A DNA stretch of 64,000 nucleotides from a virus. Lineage: Duplodnaviria > Caudoviricetes. Shown here one piece after another: positions 31,648 to 39,803 of the stretch. Each line of letters begins with the position of its first letter. Position 1 is the first letter of the stretch. The position numbers were made by a program, and so were the translations under genes. The stretch is taken from the IMG/VR virus record IMGVR_UViG_3300033121_001345, positions 4,825-68,824 of that record. One strand, written 5' to 3'. The notes below the pieces were generated by a model, which was given only the letters and a program-made list of their open reading frames with translations, was not told the origin of the DNA and made no database searches.

Positions 31648-31717
31648 CTTTGACCTTTGACCTTTGACCTTTGACCTTTGACCTTTGACCTTTGACCTTT
31701 GACCTTTGACCTTTGAC
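31643..31717. repeat. Heptamer tandem array (TTTGACC)n
   Basis: 11 TTTGAC cores, 9 of them perfect TTTGACC units. Confidence 0.95.
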
Positions 31718-31774
31718 ACAATTTTTATCTTATCTTTATAAACACTATTACATAACTTTAAAACACAATCAATT

Positions 31775-34144
31775 ATGAGAACATCTAAAAAATGGGAGGT
31801 GACGCTATTATCTGGCGAAACCTTCGTCTCCGAATCTGCCGCTGCGGCTTTGAGAGAACTTAAAATCAGGGATATTATTCCTGTTAATTACGCAGAGGCA
31901 GACTCTGCGGTTAGGGCTTTGGGAAAACTTGTCCGTAATCGTGTTATCAGTTCTGCTGATACTATTGATTCCGATTTTCCTACCAAGATTACTCCTCTTG
32001 ATGATGCCGATGATGCTCCAGATATTGCAACGATTCTTGATTTTGATGTGGAATCCAAACCAAGCCTTCAAGTGTTGCTGCCTTATCTTGACTACAACAA
32101 GTCGAAATTATCGGAATTCAAGTACAATGAGCTACTGGAATCATTCTTTGATGGTGACAGGGATAATATTTTTCTTCCTGTTAAATTTAATTCTTTTGAT
32201 AAAGATGGCAACCTAAAAGAATTTAATATCGAGCCTACTATCTTTGATATCATAGTTGCTCATACAAGATTTCAAAAGTATCCTGCTATGACTGCCTTAA
32301 AGTTCATGCACTATATTATTAACAGACGAGACTACAAAGATTTATATGGAGTTGATACACATACATACATAAAAGAAGAAGATATGAACGGTAGCCCAAT
32401 GAGGCTTAATTTTATGACTTCTAATTATAATATCTTACGTCAGCTTTTTGACATAAAACTTATTGACGAAGTTGATGGTAGGGTTCTTGATTCTGATTAC
32501 TTTGGTGTTTATGACAAGTTATACACCTTAAAACATGAGACGTCTCCATTAGACGTTCTTTTTGGGTATCCTAAGATAAACCGTGTATATCCAGTTGATG
32601 TATATGGTAACAGAATTGATAACCAGATTATTGAGTTTTCGTTTAAAAAAGAGTTACTTTCTAAATGGTCTTCAGCTGAAAATCTAACGTATGAAATATA
32701 CAATAGTACACTTACTTGGAATACAGCTATGGAAGAATCTCAGTATGATGATTTTTGGAGAGAAATTGCGCATAACAGAAATTACGATGATACTAAAGCA
32801 TCAGAGGTTATACATGAATCTCTTTCAAAATTTGTGTCGTCACAAGAAAAAAGTGGATACGAGAATATTAAAAATCTGTTTGATATGTACCTTAAGTACA
32901 CAAACCTAAACCTATTAGACTTTACCACGATAGACGAGTTTAAAGATTATGCTGACTTCTTATACAAAGATAACATTGAAGGTTATATTGAGAATCCTTC
33001 GGTATATAAAAAGTCTAATACAAAGGCAATAAAAACTGATGCTCCGAAGAAACTTACAGACAAGGATACTGATAACTTTATTGATATACATCTTAATACT
33101 TGGAAGTTCGGGTGCGAGCCTACGTTTATGATTAAACGAGAATTTATCCCTCCACTTATTGATATGTATGCAGAGAATAATATCCTTATAGGATACGATG
33201 CAGATGGTAATACACAGGTTGACTCATTTATTAGTACCATGACTACTACTACTGTTAATTTTCTTGATTGTGTTCAATCCTACGGAGAAAGAAGGTTTAA
33301 CCAATCACTTCCTGATGATTCTTCCGATGAAAATATTAAACATGCTGAGGAAATTAGACCACATCTTCTTGATGCGTATTCTTCGGTCAAACTCGCAAAA
33401 AGGTTTTATAACGACGGAGGTTCACTTGAAGTTCCGACAAAACAGTATGTCAACCATGACGAGTACATGACTGACTATGTAAATTTCTGTAATCTTATGG
33501 ATAAATTAAATTTTAATCCTTCAAGTGTTACATGTCAGGTGTCTGAGGGTGGTTGTCATATTAACTTCAGTACAAGTTTTATCAATGATTTTTACACAAT
33601 GTTTTTTGAGAATAACAAACAGATACTCAGTGATTCATTAGTCAAAAAGATTGAAGAAGCAATGATGAAAAACGCCAAAAGTACTAAAACTGCTGTTAGC
33701 AGGTTTTACGATAATCTCAGAGACTTTATATTAAAGTATCCTTCTGTTGTATGGGCATTTACTACGCCTTATGATACAGAGTCATGTAATATCGTTAAAA
33801 AACCAACAGGAAAAGGACACTTTATTGTCGAACACACAGAGAGAATTGAACTTAGATTTTTTCAAATGCCTGAGTCTCCAGAGGAAATGGATTTGTTTCT
33901 AAAATATGCCAGAGCAATCATGAGTCATATCTTTAAAATAACGTTGATTGACCATGAAGACATTGAACTTTATCAACACTATATTCTTGAAAAGATACCG
34001 CAGAACAATGCTATCAAATTATTTAGAAAAGCCTCAAATGTAATAGGATTCGACCACTCACTTGTTAAATACAGAGAGGACTCAATAAAAGGAAGATACG
34101 CAAACTCATATGCACAACCAGATGGTGAAAAATTCCTTGTGTAG
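31775..34144 (+). CDS. Multidomain protein: N-terminal small domain shared with 37126-37761 plus C-terminal COOH-NH2 ligase (amidoligase, glutamine-synthetase fold)
   Basis: Ordered amidoligase motifs: FGCEPTF, DGGSLEVPT, EGGCHINF, IELRFF. Confidence 0.7.
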   Translation: MRTSKKWEVTLLSGETFVSESAAAALRELKIRDIIPVNYAEADSAVRALGKLVRNRVISSADTIDSDFPTKITPLDDADDAPDIATILDFDVESKPSLQVLLPYLDYNKSKLSEFKYNELLESFFDGDRDNIFLPVKFNSFDKDGNLKEFNIEPTIFDIIVAHTRFQKYPAMTALKFMHYIINRRDYKDLYGVDTHTYIKEEDMNGSPMRLNFMTSNYNILRQLFDIKLIDEVDGRVLDSDYFGVYDKLYTLKHETSPLDVLFGYPKINRVYPVDVYGNRIDNQIIEFSFKKELLSKWSSAENLTYEIYNSTLTWNTAMEESQYDDFWREIAHNRNYDDTKASEVIHESLSKFVSSQEKSGYENIKNLFDMYLKYTNLNLLDFTTIDEFKDYADFLYKDNIEGYIENPSVYKKSNTKAIKTDAPKKLTDKDTDNFIDIHLNTWKFGCEPTFMIKREFIPPLIDMYAENNILIGYDADGNTQVDSFISTMTTTTVNFLDCVQSYGERRFNQSLPDDSSDENIKHAEEIRPHLLDAYSSVKLAKRFYNDGGSLEVPTKQYVNHDEYMTDYVNFCNLMDKLNFNPSSVTCQVSEGGCHINFSTSFINDFYTMFFENNKQILSDSLVKKIEEAMMKNAKSTKTAVSRFYDNLRDFILKYPSVVWAFTTPYDTESCNIVKKPTGKGHFIVEHTERIELRFFQMPESPEEMDLFLKYARAIMSHIFKITLIDHEDIELYQHYILEKIPQNNAIKLFRKASNVIGFDHSLVKYREDSIKGRYANSYAQPDGEKFLV

Positions 34145-34177
34145 TATAACTTAATTGATGTGTGTTAGTTGTGTTTT

Positions 34178-34238
34178 GACACGAAGGCAACAAGTGTTGC
34201 TGGGCTTATAATCTTGTGATGCAAGTTGCCTTTGTGTT
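34178..34238 (+). other. 14-bp stem-loop after the amidoligase gene
   Basis: GACACGAAGGCAAC/GTTGCCTTTGTGTT pair fully with G-U wobbles; inner TTGC/GCAA. Confidence 0.75.
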
Positions 34239-34265
34239 ATTTAATGATTTGTTAACATTGTACAC

Positions 34266-34296
34266 TTGTTTTATTAACATATATTTTATATTTTTG
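34266..34296 (+). promoter_or_regulatory. Bacteroidetes-type promoter
   Basis: TTG-N20-TATTTTTG upstream of the acidic protein. Confidence 0.7.
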
Positions 34297-34330
34297 TATT
34301 GATTATTTCTAACGCTTAAAACTATTCAAA

Positions 34331-34594
34331 ATGACTTACGAAGAAAAAAAGAAAATCGCTGACAAAATCATTGGTGAACAAGTTCCAGGTATGGATTGGG
34401 ATTCACTAAGTGACACGAACTCACTTCATGACGCTGAAACAAAAGAGGACATAGAAGACCTATGTCGTGACCGCCTTAAGGGAGATGGATTCGTCTTTGA
34501 CGAAGATGATGACGATGAGGATGAGGACTTTGACGATGAGGAATTTGACGAAGATGATGACGATGAGGATGACGATGAGGATAATGAAGGTTAA
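34331..34594 (+). CDS. Hyperacidic small protein (87 aa)
   Basis: C-terminal ~30 residues almost entirely D/E. Confidence 0.8.
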   Translation: MTYEEKKKIADKIIGEQVPGMDWDSLSDTNSLHDAETKEDIEDLCRDRLKGDGFVFDEDDDDEDEDFDDEEFDEDDDDEDDDEDNEG

Positions 34595-34606
34595 TTCTTA
34601 ACTTAA

Positions 34607-34732
34607 GCCTGCGGTCTGAATGTATGCTACATCACCTAATAGCGTTTTATTCCAAATTGCAATAGTCTGTTCCCACTACTACACTGCAACGATTAGCATA
34701 TTATTACAGTATTCTTTAATGAAACCGCAGGC
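34607..34732 (+). ncRNA. Candidate rod-shaped structured RNA (~126 nt)
   Basis: Nested stems GCCTGCGGT/ACCGCAGGC, CTG-AAT/ATT-CAG, TATGCTA/TAGCATA, TTGCA/TGCAA, TAGT/ACTA. Confidence 0.5.
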
Positions 34733-34746
34733 ACTAATTTATTAAT

Positions 34747-34911
34747 ATGAAAGCAATAAGTAAATTACTATCAGTTATACTGTGTGTTATGATAATTTAC
34801 ATTCTCTGGTTTTCAGGGATTGATAACAATTTTATAGAATCACTTCCAAAAAGTATAAAGATATATATGTTACTATCAAGTATTCTTTTAAGCATAAATC
34901 TATTTGAATGA
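34747..34911 (+). CDS. Small two-TM membrane protein (54 aa, not in ORF track)
   Basis: MKAISKLLSVILCVMIIYILWFSG...MLLSSILLSINLFE; stop overlaps the next ATG. Confidence 0.5.
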   Translation: MKAISKLLSVILCVMIIYILWFSGIDNNFIESLPKSIKIYMLLSSILLSINLFE

Positions 34912-35351
34912 TAAGAGATTCATATACAACTTCGGTAAGAGGGAAATATACTCAAGTTAAGTCTCATTCCTATGTTTCATCTAAGGATAAAGCATCAAGG
35001 TATAAGTATAAACATAAGTATCCCTTTGAGTTTACGCATTTCTTGGGGATGAACTGCTATAAGTCATATATCTTAAATAACATATCTGTTTCAGATGATG
35101 TTGTTGATGAGTTACAGCAATCCAAGAATAAAAATGTGTATTCAGTGTTACATCTTGAAAATGGATATACTATATCAGTTGGAAGGTCTGTGAGCAACTA
35201 CAAAGCGAGGGTTTTCTGTAACGGAACTATGGTTTACGAATCTATATCTGGTATGTCTGGTAGACAAAAGGTTTGGAAAAGATATTCGTATGGAGAGATG
35301 GTCGTACACTTAAGAAAACTTGTTATCATGTCGTGTTCAGGTGAACTCTGA
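34908..35351 (+). CDS. Hypothetical protein (147 aa)
   Basis: ORF track; coupled start. Confidence 0.55.
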   Translation: MIRDSYTTSVRGKYTQVKSHSYVSSKDKASRYKYKHKYPFEFTHFLGMNCYKSYILNNISVSDDVVDELQQSKNKNVYSVLHLENGYTISVGRSVSNYKARVFCNGTMVYESISGMSGRQKVWKRYSYGEMVVHLRKLVIMSCSGEL

Positions 35352-35496
35352 TTCCTTGTGTTTTATCGTTTAAAACACGTTAAATTTTAACCGTTTTTTT
35401 TACCCATATATTGACTCATTTTTACATATAAACGTTAAAAAACAGCCTCGCATGTGGCTAAATTTTGATTTTTAAACACAAACCAAACAGCACAAA

Positions 35497-35637
35497 ATGA
35501 AAAATAATAACCTGAACGAAAAAGAGGTTTCTGAAGGAAACTATATCGAATCAAATAACACTGGATATGTCGCAGTATGCCTCATTATTATACTAATCCT
35601 GTGTTTAATTTCTAAACAAATAACAACTAATCCATGA
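35497..35637 (+). CDS. Small single-TM protein (46 aa, not in ORF track)
   Basis: MKNNNLNEKE...YVAVCLIILILCLISKQ; ATGA overlap with the next gene. Confidence 0.45.
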   Translation: MKNNNLNEKEVSEGNYIESNNTGYVAVCLIIILILCLISKQITTNP

Positions 35638-36050
35638 CAGAAAAACGTACACTCAAGAAAGGAAAAAACCTTTTTACTACTCTTGATAAATACATCAAGT
35701 TGTATAATAAAAACTATATCGACAAAGAAGATTTCGTTCCCATTGTGAGAGCAATGAGAGATTACTGTGTCAAACTTAATAAATACTTTAAGTCATCTGA
35801 TTTTGACATGGACACACTTGTTGACTTTAAAGCTACTGCAGAAGCGGTTGAATCTTTTATGTTTGAGCAACATGAGTTAAACAGATTTTACTCAAATAAA
35901 GAAATCTGGAAACTGTGTATCATGTATCTTACTATGTATCATGAGATGACAATTATACCTCCAGATGAACTGGATGCTGATGAACTTGCTAATAACATTC
36001 ACTTGTATCTCAATGAAGCATATTCAAGAGAAAATATTTCTAATCTTTAA
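35634..36050 (+). CDS. Hypothetical protein (138 aa)
   Basis: ORF track. Confidence 0.65.
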   Translation: MTEKRTLKKGKNLFTTLDKYIKLYNKNYIDKEDFVPIVRAMRDYCVKLNKYFKSSDFDMDTLVDFKATAEAVESFMFEQHELNRFYSNKEIWKLCIMYLTMYHEMTIIPPDELDADELANNIHLYLNEAYSRENISNL

Positions 36051-36074
36051 TAAACAAACTAAATATCTTTTAAA

Positions 36075-36347
36075 ATGGAATCTGAAAAACTAATAAAAAA
36101 CATTAGTAACGCAAGAAGTGTTACTATTGTTGACATCGTAATCTCTAAAGGAACAGTTGACAAGGTTTTCTTAGCGTTACTTAATAACGGTAATACTCCA
36201 AGATTTATTCCTAAGTTTAACTATACAACAGAGGAACTTGAGAAGTTACCGTATGATTCTGAGTTAACATATACTCTTGAGTTTCCTGAAACTGTTAATG
36301 TTCAAGTAGCGTTAGCTAAGTTACAGAAGATTCTTATAGTAGAGTAA
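36075..36347 (+). CDS. Hypothetical protein (90 aa)
   Basis: ORF track. Confidence 0.65.
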   Translation: MESEKLIKNISNARSVTIVDIVISKGTVDKVFLALLNNGNTPRFIPKFNYTTEELEKLPYDSELTYTLEFPETVNVQVALAKLQKILIVE

Positions 36348-36398
36348 CATATTAACATTAAGTATCACTATAATCTTGTTAACATATAATATACTATT

Positions 36399-36995
36399 AT
36401 GATAAATAAGGAGACCTTTAAGCTTAGTAAGCCTAATAACATTAGTATATATTGTTTCACTGGAGAAGAAACGTTTGAAACTGTTTTTAGTAGAATAGTT
36501 ATATGCGGTAACAGAAGCTTCTGTGATTATAAACTATTAAACGAAATGTTAAATAAGTTAATTAACTTTTATCTTCAAGAAAGCAACTATAATAACAAGG
36601 AAACCTTAAGCAACCTTTATGATAATGTTTCTTTAAAAGAGTATCTTCTTAATGATAACGTAGATTATTATGTTAAACGTTTATACGCATACGCATACGC
36701 ACGAACTCTCAGTTTTCAGGAAAAAGAATGTATATTCATAAATGGAGGAGCTCAAGGAGCTGACTATCTTTCAAGTATATTCTGTGCTGAAAATGGTTTG
36801 TACGAGTCTGTGTTTAGTCCAGATTATTCTAAATATCCAGGAAGATATGCTCCAATACACAGGAACAAAGAGATGTTAGATGTTGCCACTACTGTTGTTG
36901 CGTTTTTAAGTACATCGTATCCTTCAAAAGGAACAAGATACATGATTAACGCTTCTTCTGAAAAAAAGATTCCTCTTATAGTTATCGAAACATAG
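36399..36995 (+). CDS. SLOG-superfamily protein (YspA/DUF2493-like) with an internal insertion
   Basis: RIVICGNRSFCDY, INGGAQGAD, APIHRNKEM, VVAF...SKGTRYMI. Confidence 0.8.
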   Translation: MINKETFKLSKPNNISIYCFTGEETFETVFSRIVICGNRSFCDYKLLNEMLNKLINFYLQESNYNNKETLSNLYDNVSLKEYLLNDNVDYYVKRLYAYAYARTLSFQEKECIFINGGAQGADYLSSIFCAENGLYESVFSPDYSKYPGRYAPIHRNKEMLDVATTVVAFLSTSYPSKGTRYMINASSEKKIPLIVIET

Positions 36996-37003
36996 TAAAT
37001 TGT

Positions 37004-37080
37004 TAACATTAAATTAACATAAATCTAACATAAAATTAACGTGATTTACTTTGTATTATCAAACATTATGAATATCTTTG
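37004..37080 (+). promoter_or_regulatory. Consensus Bacteroidetes promoter with phased TAACAT upstream repeats
   Basis: TTTG(37050)-N19-TATCTTTG(37073); TAACAT/TAACGT at 37004, 37015, 37026, 37037. Confidence 0.85.
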
Positions 37081-37125
37081 TGGTACAAAATTAATCATTA
37101 TTTTTTTCACTTTTAAACACTTATT

Positions 37126-37761
37126 ATGGCTAAAGAAATTAAGTCGCTGACTATCGAACAGTTGGTGCAAAAAATCCAAGAGAACAAAGCAGGTCTTGAA
37201 TCTCTGAAAGCGTCTGGCATTAACCTACCTGAAGTAGTTGCTCAGATGGAAGGAATCGTTGAAGCTTGCGAAAAAGAACTGAACGGACGTCAGGGCGAAG
37301 TATTCGCACGCTCAGTGTCCGAGCCTGTAAAAAGGGTAATCGAGTCTGAATTTGCTGGAAAAACAATCCCAGCAGAGATTCGCCTTGAATTGCGAATCTT
37401 CACAGCAGAAGATGGAACAATTACAGCTGAAACAGCACCGTTGCGTAAAGCAAGAGTTGCATCTGCTGGAACATCGTCCGCTTCTTCTGGTGGAAGTCGT
37501 GGTGGTTCAAGAAAAGGTGCTAAGGTAGTTACTGCTGATGGTCAAGAGATTATCGCAGAATCTGCAAGTGCGGCTTTGAAAGAACTGAAAGCACGAAAGG
37601 TTATCCCCCAGGAAATGGGCGAATCTGATTCTGCTGTTAGGGTTTTAAATTCCTTAAAAGGAAAACAAATCATCTCTTCTTGGGAGCAGGTTGAACTTCC
37701 TAAAAAGGAAAAGGCTACAGACGAAGTAGCAGAAGCTGTTTCTGACGAACTTCCTATGTAA
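37126..37761 (+). CDS. Coiled coil + S/G linker + small C-terminal domain (putative DNA-binding protein)
   Basis: C-terminal domain aligns by eye with the N-terminus of 31775-34144. Confidence 0.6.
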   Translation: MAKEIKSLTIEQLVQKIQENKAGLESLKASGINLPEVVAQMEGIVEACEKELNGRQGEVFARSVSEPVKRVIESEFAGKTIPAEIRLELRIFTAEDGTITAETAPLRKARVASAGTSSASSGGSRGGSRKGAKVVTADGQEIIAESASAALKELKARKVIPQEMGESDSAVRVLNSLKGKQIISSWEQVELPKKEKATDEVAEAVSDELPM

Positions 37762-37766
37762 GATTA

Positions 37767-37876
37767 ACTTCGGTGTCGTTGCCGATTATCGGCAAATGGA
37801 GTCCACATCGAAGTCTGTGTGAATGCAGTGCATCTCAAGTAGTGTATGGGCATATCAGTGAGTCGAGTTCACTGCA
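37767..37876 (+). ncRNA. Candidate multi-stem structured RNA
   Basis: ACTTCGGTG/CATCGAAGT encloses TTGCCGA-TTA-TCGGCAA; second domain TGCAGTG/CACTGCA. Confidence 0.5.
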
Positions 37877-37911
37877 CACGCAAATGTTGTTAGTTATTCA
37901 TGTATGACTGT

Positions 37912-37950
37912 GAGGCGTTAGGCAAAAGCAAGACCTAACGCCTCCTTTTT
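37912..37950 (+). terminator. Rho-independent terminator
   Basis: 11-bp perfect stem GAGGCGTTAGG/CCTAACGCCTC followed by CTTTTT. Confidence 0.85.
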
Positions 37951-37978
37951 CTTTAATCGAAACGTTTAATTTTTTAGC

Positions 37979-38377
37979 ATGAACTTTAAAGAAACTAACG
38001 ACAAAACAGTTACTTGTTTTAACTGTAATTCAAAACACCTTATTAAATTTCACGACGAAACAGAGTTTAAATACTTCTGTACAGTATGCGGAAGTGAGTA
38101 TATGATATTTGTCAATGATGTAAAAGGTGGTTCTATAACTGAAGAAAAAACCATAAACATAGGAACAAAGAAATGGAAACCAAAGAGGTCAAAGACAATC
38201 TATACATCATTCATATCAAATGAAGAAAGTAAAAACTCCTTTATAAAGTTCTGTGAATCTGGGATAAAAAAGTTTGAACTCGAAGCTGCAGAATATACGT
38301 TTAAAATAGAGGATAATCTATACGAGAAATATAATCTTATTACAAATACTAAATCTTACATAAAACCTGTATTATAA
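37979..38377 (+). CDS. Zinc-ribbon protein (132 aa)
   Basis: CFNC...CTVC. Confidence 0.6.
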   Translation: MNFKETNDKTVTCFNCNSKHLIKFHDETEFKYFCTVCGSEYMIFVNDVKGGSITEEKTINIGTKKWKPKRSKTIYTSFISNEESKNSFIKFCESGIKKFELEAAEYTFKIEDNLYEKYNLITNTKSYIKPVL

Positions 38378-38637
38378 TGTACCTTATTGTTTCGCATCAA
38401 AGAAAAGATAAATTTATACTTGGTTGCTGTGATTTTCCTATGGAGGTATTTTCCTTCCTAAAAAAGGTAAATGTTCAGGTTGACAAGAAAATAACCATAA
38501 GTGAACTATCGTCAATAAGTGTAGGTGAATCAGTTTCATTTATAGATAGAAAAAGTAACTATGGAATAGTGCGAGTAACTAAGATTCCTTCATATAAAGA
38601 CTTTGATATACCAAAGATAAACATAACAGATATATGA
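38377..38637 (+). CDS. Hypothetical protein (86 aa)
   Basis: ORF track; coupled. Confidence 0.6.
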   Translation: MYLIVSHQRKDKFILGCCDFPMEVFSFLKKVNVQVDKKITISELSSISVGESVSFIDRKSNYGIVRVTKIPSYKDFDIPKINITDI

Positions 38638-39257
38638 TACATACAGCAAACACATCTCCATTGCCAGTACTATGTAATTCTTTAAGAGAGTCTGCAAGGC
38701 AAATACCAGATTCTTATTTAATATCTTGTCCGTTTGAAATAACAAAGATACTCTCTGAAGTAATGAGTAATAATTACGGTATAAGAAATCCTTATGTGTT
38801 AAAAACAGAAGATGACTTGCATATAAAGTATAAAGAAAACATTGTGTACAAGTATGCGGAAAGTTGTATAGAGAACTTTAACTATATATTTGACATGGCA
38901 AACAATATGCTGTTTGAATATAAAGAAAGATTTGGATATGAACATCAGTGTATATCTGCAACTGAGTTTGTTGAATATAATGTCCCTAATATTCCTGAAT
39001 CTGGAATAGAGGCAATACCTCTTATGTGTAAAAAGACTCCAAGATGTTACATCGTTGACTATTCAACAGATAAAACAGTTTCATTTGCATCTTGGATGGT
39101 GTGGCTAAGAGATGTGCAGAAACACACCCTTGTATTTACAAACAGGGAGATACCTTATTACGCAAAGAAAAACAAATTGACTGCTGAGCAAAAGGAACAA
39201 CAAGCTGGAATAGTTTCTTTTTGGGAATCATTTATATCTAAAAGAGTACGACAATGA
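38634..39257 (+). CDS. Divergent pyrimidine-dimer DNA glycosylase (T4 endonuclease V-related phage family)
   Basis: Segments ESARQIPDSYL..PFEITKIL, ENFNYIF...LFEYKERFGYEHQC, PNIP, TNREIPYY match the family layout. Confidence 0.5.
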   Translation: MIHTANTSPLPVLCNSLRESARQIPDSYLISCPFEITKILSEVMSNNYGIRNPYVLKTEDDLHIKYKENIVYKYAESCIENFNYIFDMANNMLFEYKERFGYEHQCISATEFVEYNVPNIPESGIEAIPLMCKKTPRCYIVDYSTDKTVSFASWMVWLRDVQKHTLVFTNREIPYYAKKNKLTAEQKEQQAGIVSFWESFISKRVRQ

Positions 39258-39514
39258 GAACGGAAAAAATGGATAGAATACTTCTTGATTTATTATATGA
39301 ATACAGAAAAATAACTAATGAAACACTTTGTTTTCAAATAGTAAAAATATGCCAGGATATAGACGAAGTGACATCTGCACAATACAATGTTATGAGGCTT
39401 GGTAGTGCATCGTCTGGAATATTAACAGAGTTAAACATAAGAGTTGCAAAACTTTTGTATAAACTTACAATATATCAGTTGATAATAAAAGAAAGAAAGA
39501 ATATTTTAAATTAA
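39254..39514 (+). CDS. Hypothetical protein (86 aa)
   Basis: ORF track; coupled. Confidence 0.55.
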   Translation: MRTEKMDRILLDLLYEYRKITNETLCFQIVKICQDIDEVTSAQYNVMRLGSASSGILTELNIRVAKLLYKLTIYQLIIKERKNILN

Positions 39515-39524
39515 AACAAGAAAA

Positions 39525-39797
39525 ATGGAAAACGTAAAAAAAGAACAGGTATTACCTCCTCACATTGTAGCTATTACAGCTGCTTATCAGAGCAGAGCAG
39601 AAAAGGTAAACTTTAAAAACAAGATGCCTGTTTATCCATCTGGAAAAGATGGTAATGAGCCAAGCGAGGAATCTATAAGAGGATGGAACTCAAGATTCAA
39701 AAACTGGAGTCATGAACTTCATCACATTGAACGTATGTACAAGCTTAATATAGAGGCATCAATGTTTTCAGACAAAGCACTGTTTAATCTTAAATAA
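39525..39797 (+). CDS. Hypothetical protein (90 aa)
   Basis: ORF track. Confidence 0.6.
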   Translation: MENVKKEQVLPPHIVAITAAYQSRAEKVNFKNKMPVYPSGKDGNEPSEESIRGWNSRFKNWSHELHHIERMYKLNIEASMFSDKALFNLK

Positions 39798-39803
39798 AAA
39801 TAA

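Noticed and set aside
31509-31721. ORF with (RSKVKGQ)n repeats; AGGTCA-A-AGGTCA resembling a nuclear-receptor DR1 element
   Set aside because: Both are by-products of the TTTGACC heptamer array; there is no eukaryotic context.
37912-37944. GTTAGG/CCTAAC pair resembling attC cores
   Set aside because: The order is reversed (GTT before AAC), and a T-run follows; it is an ordinary terminator.
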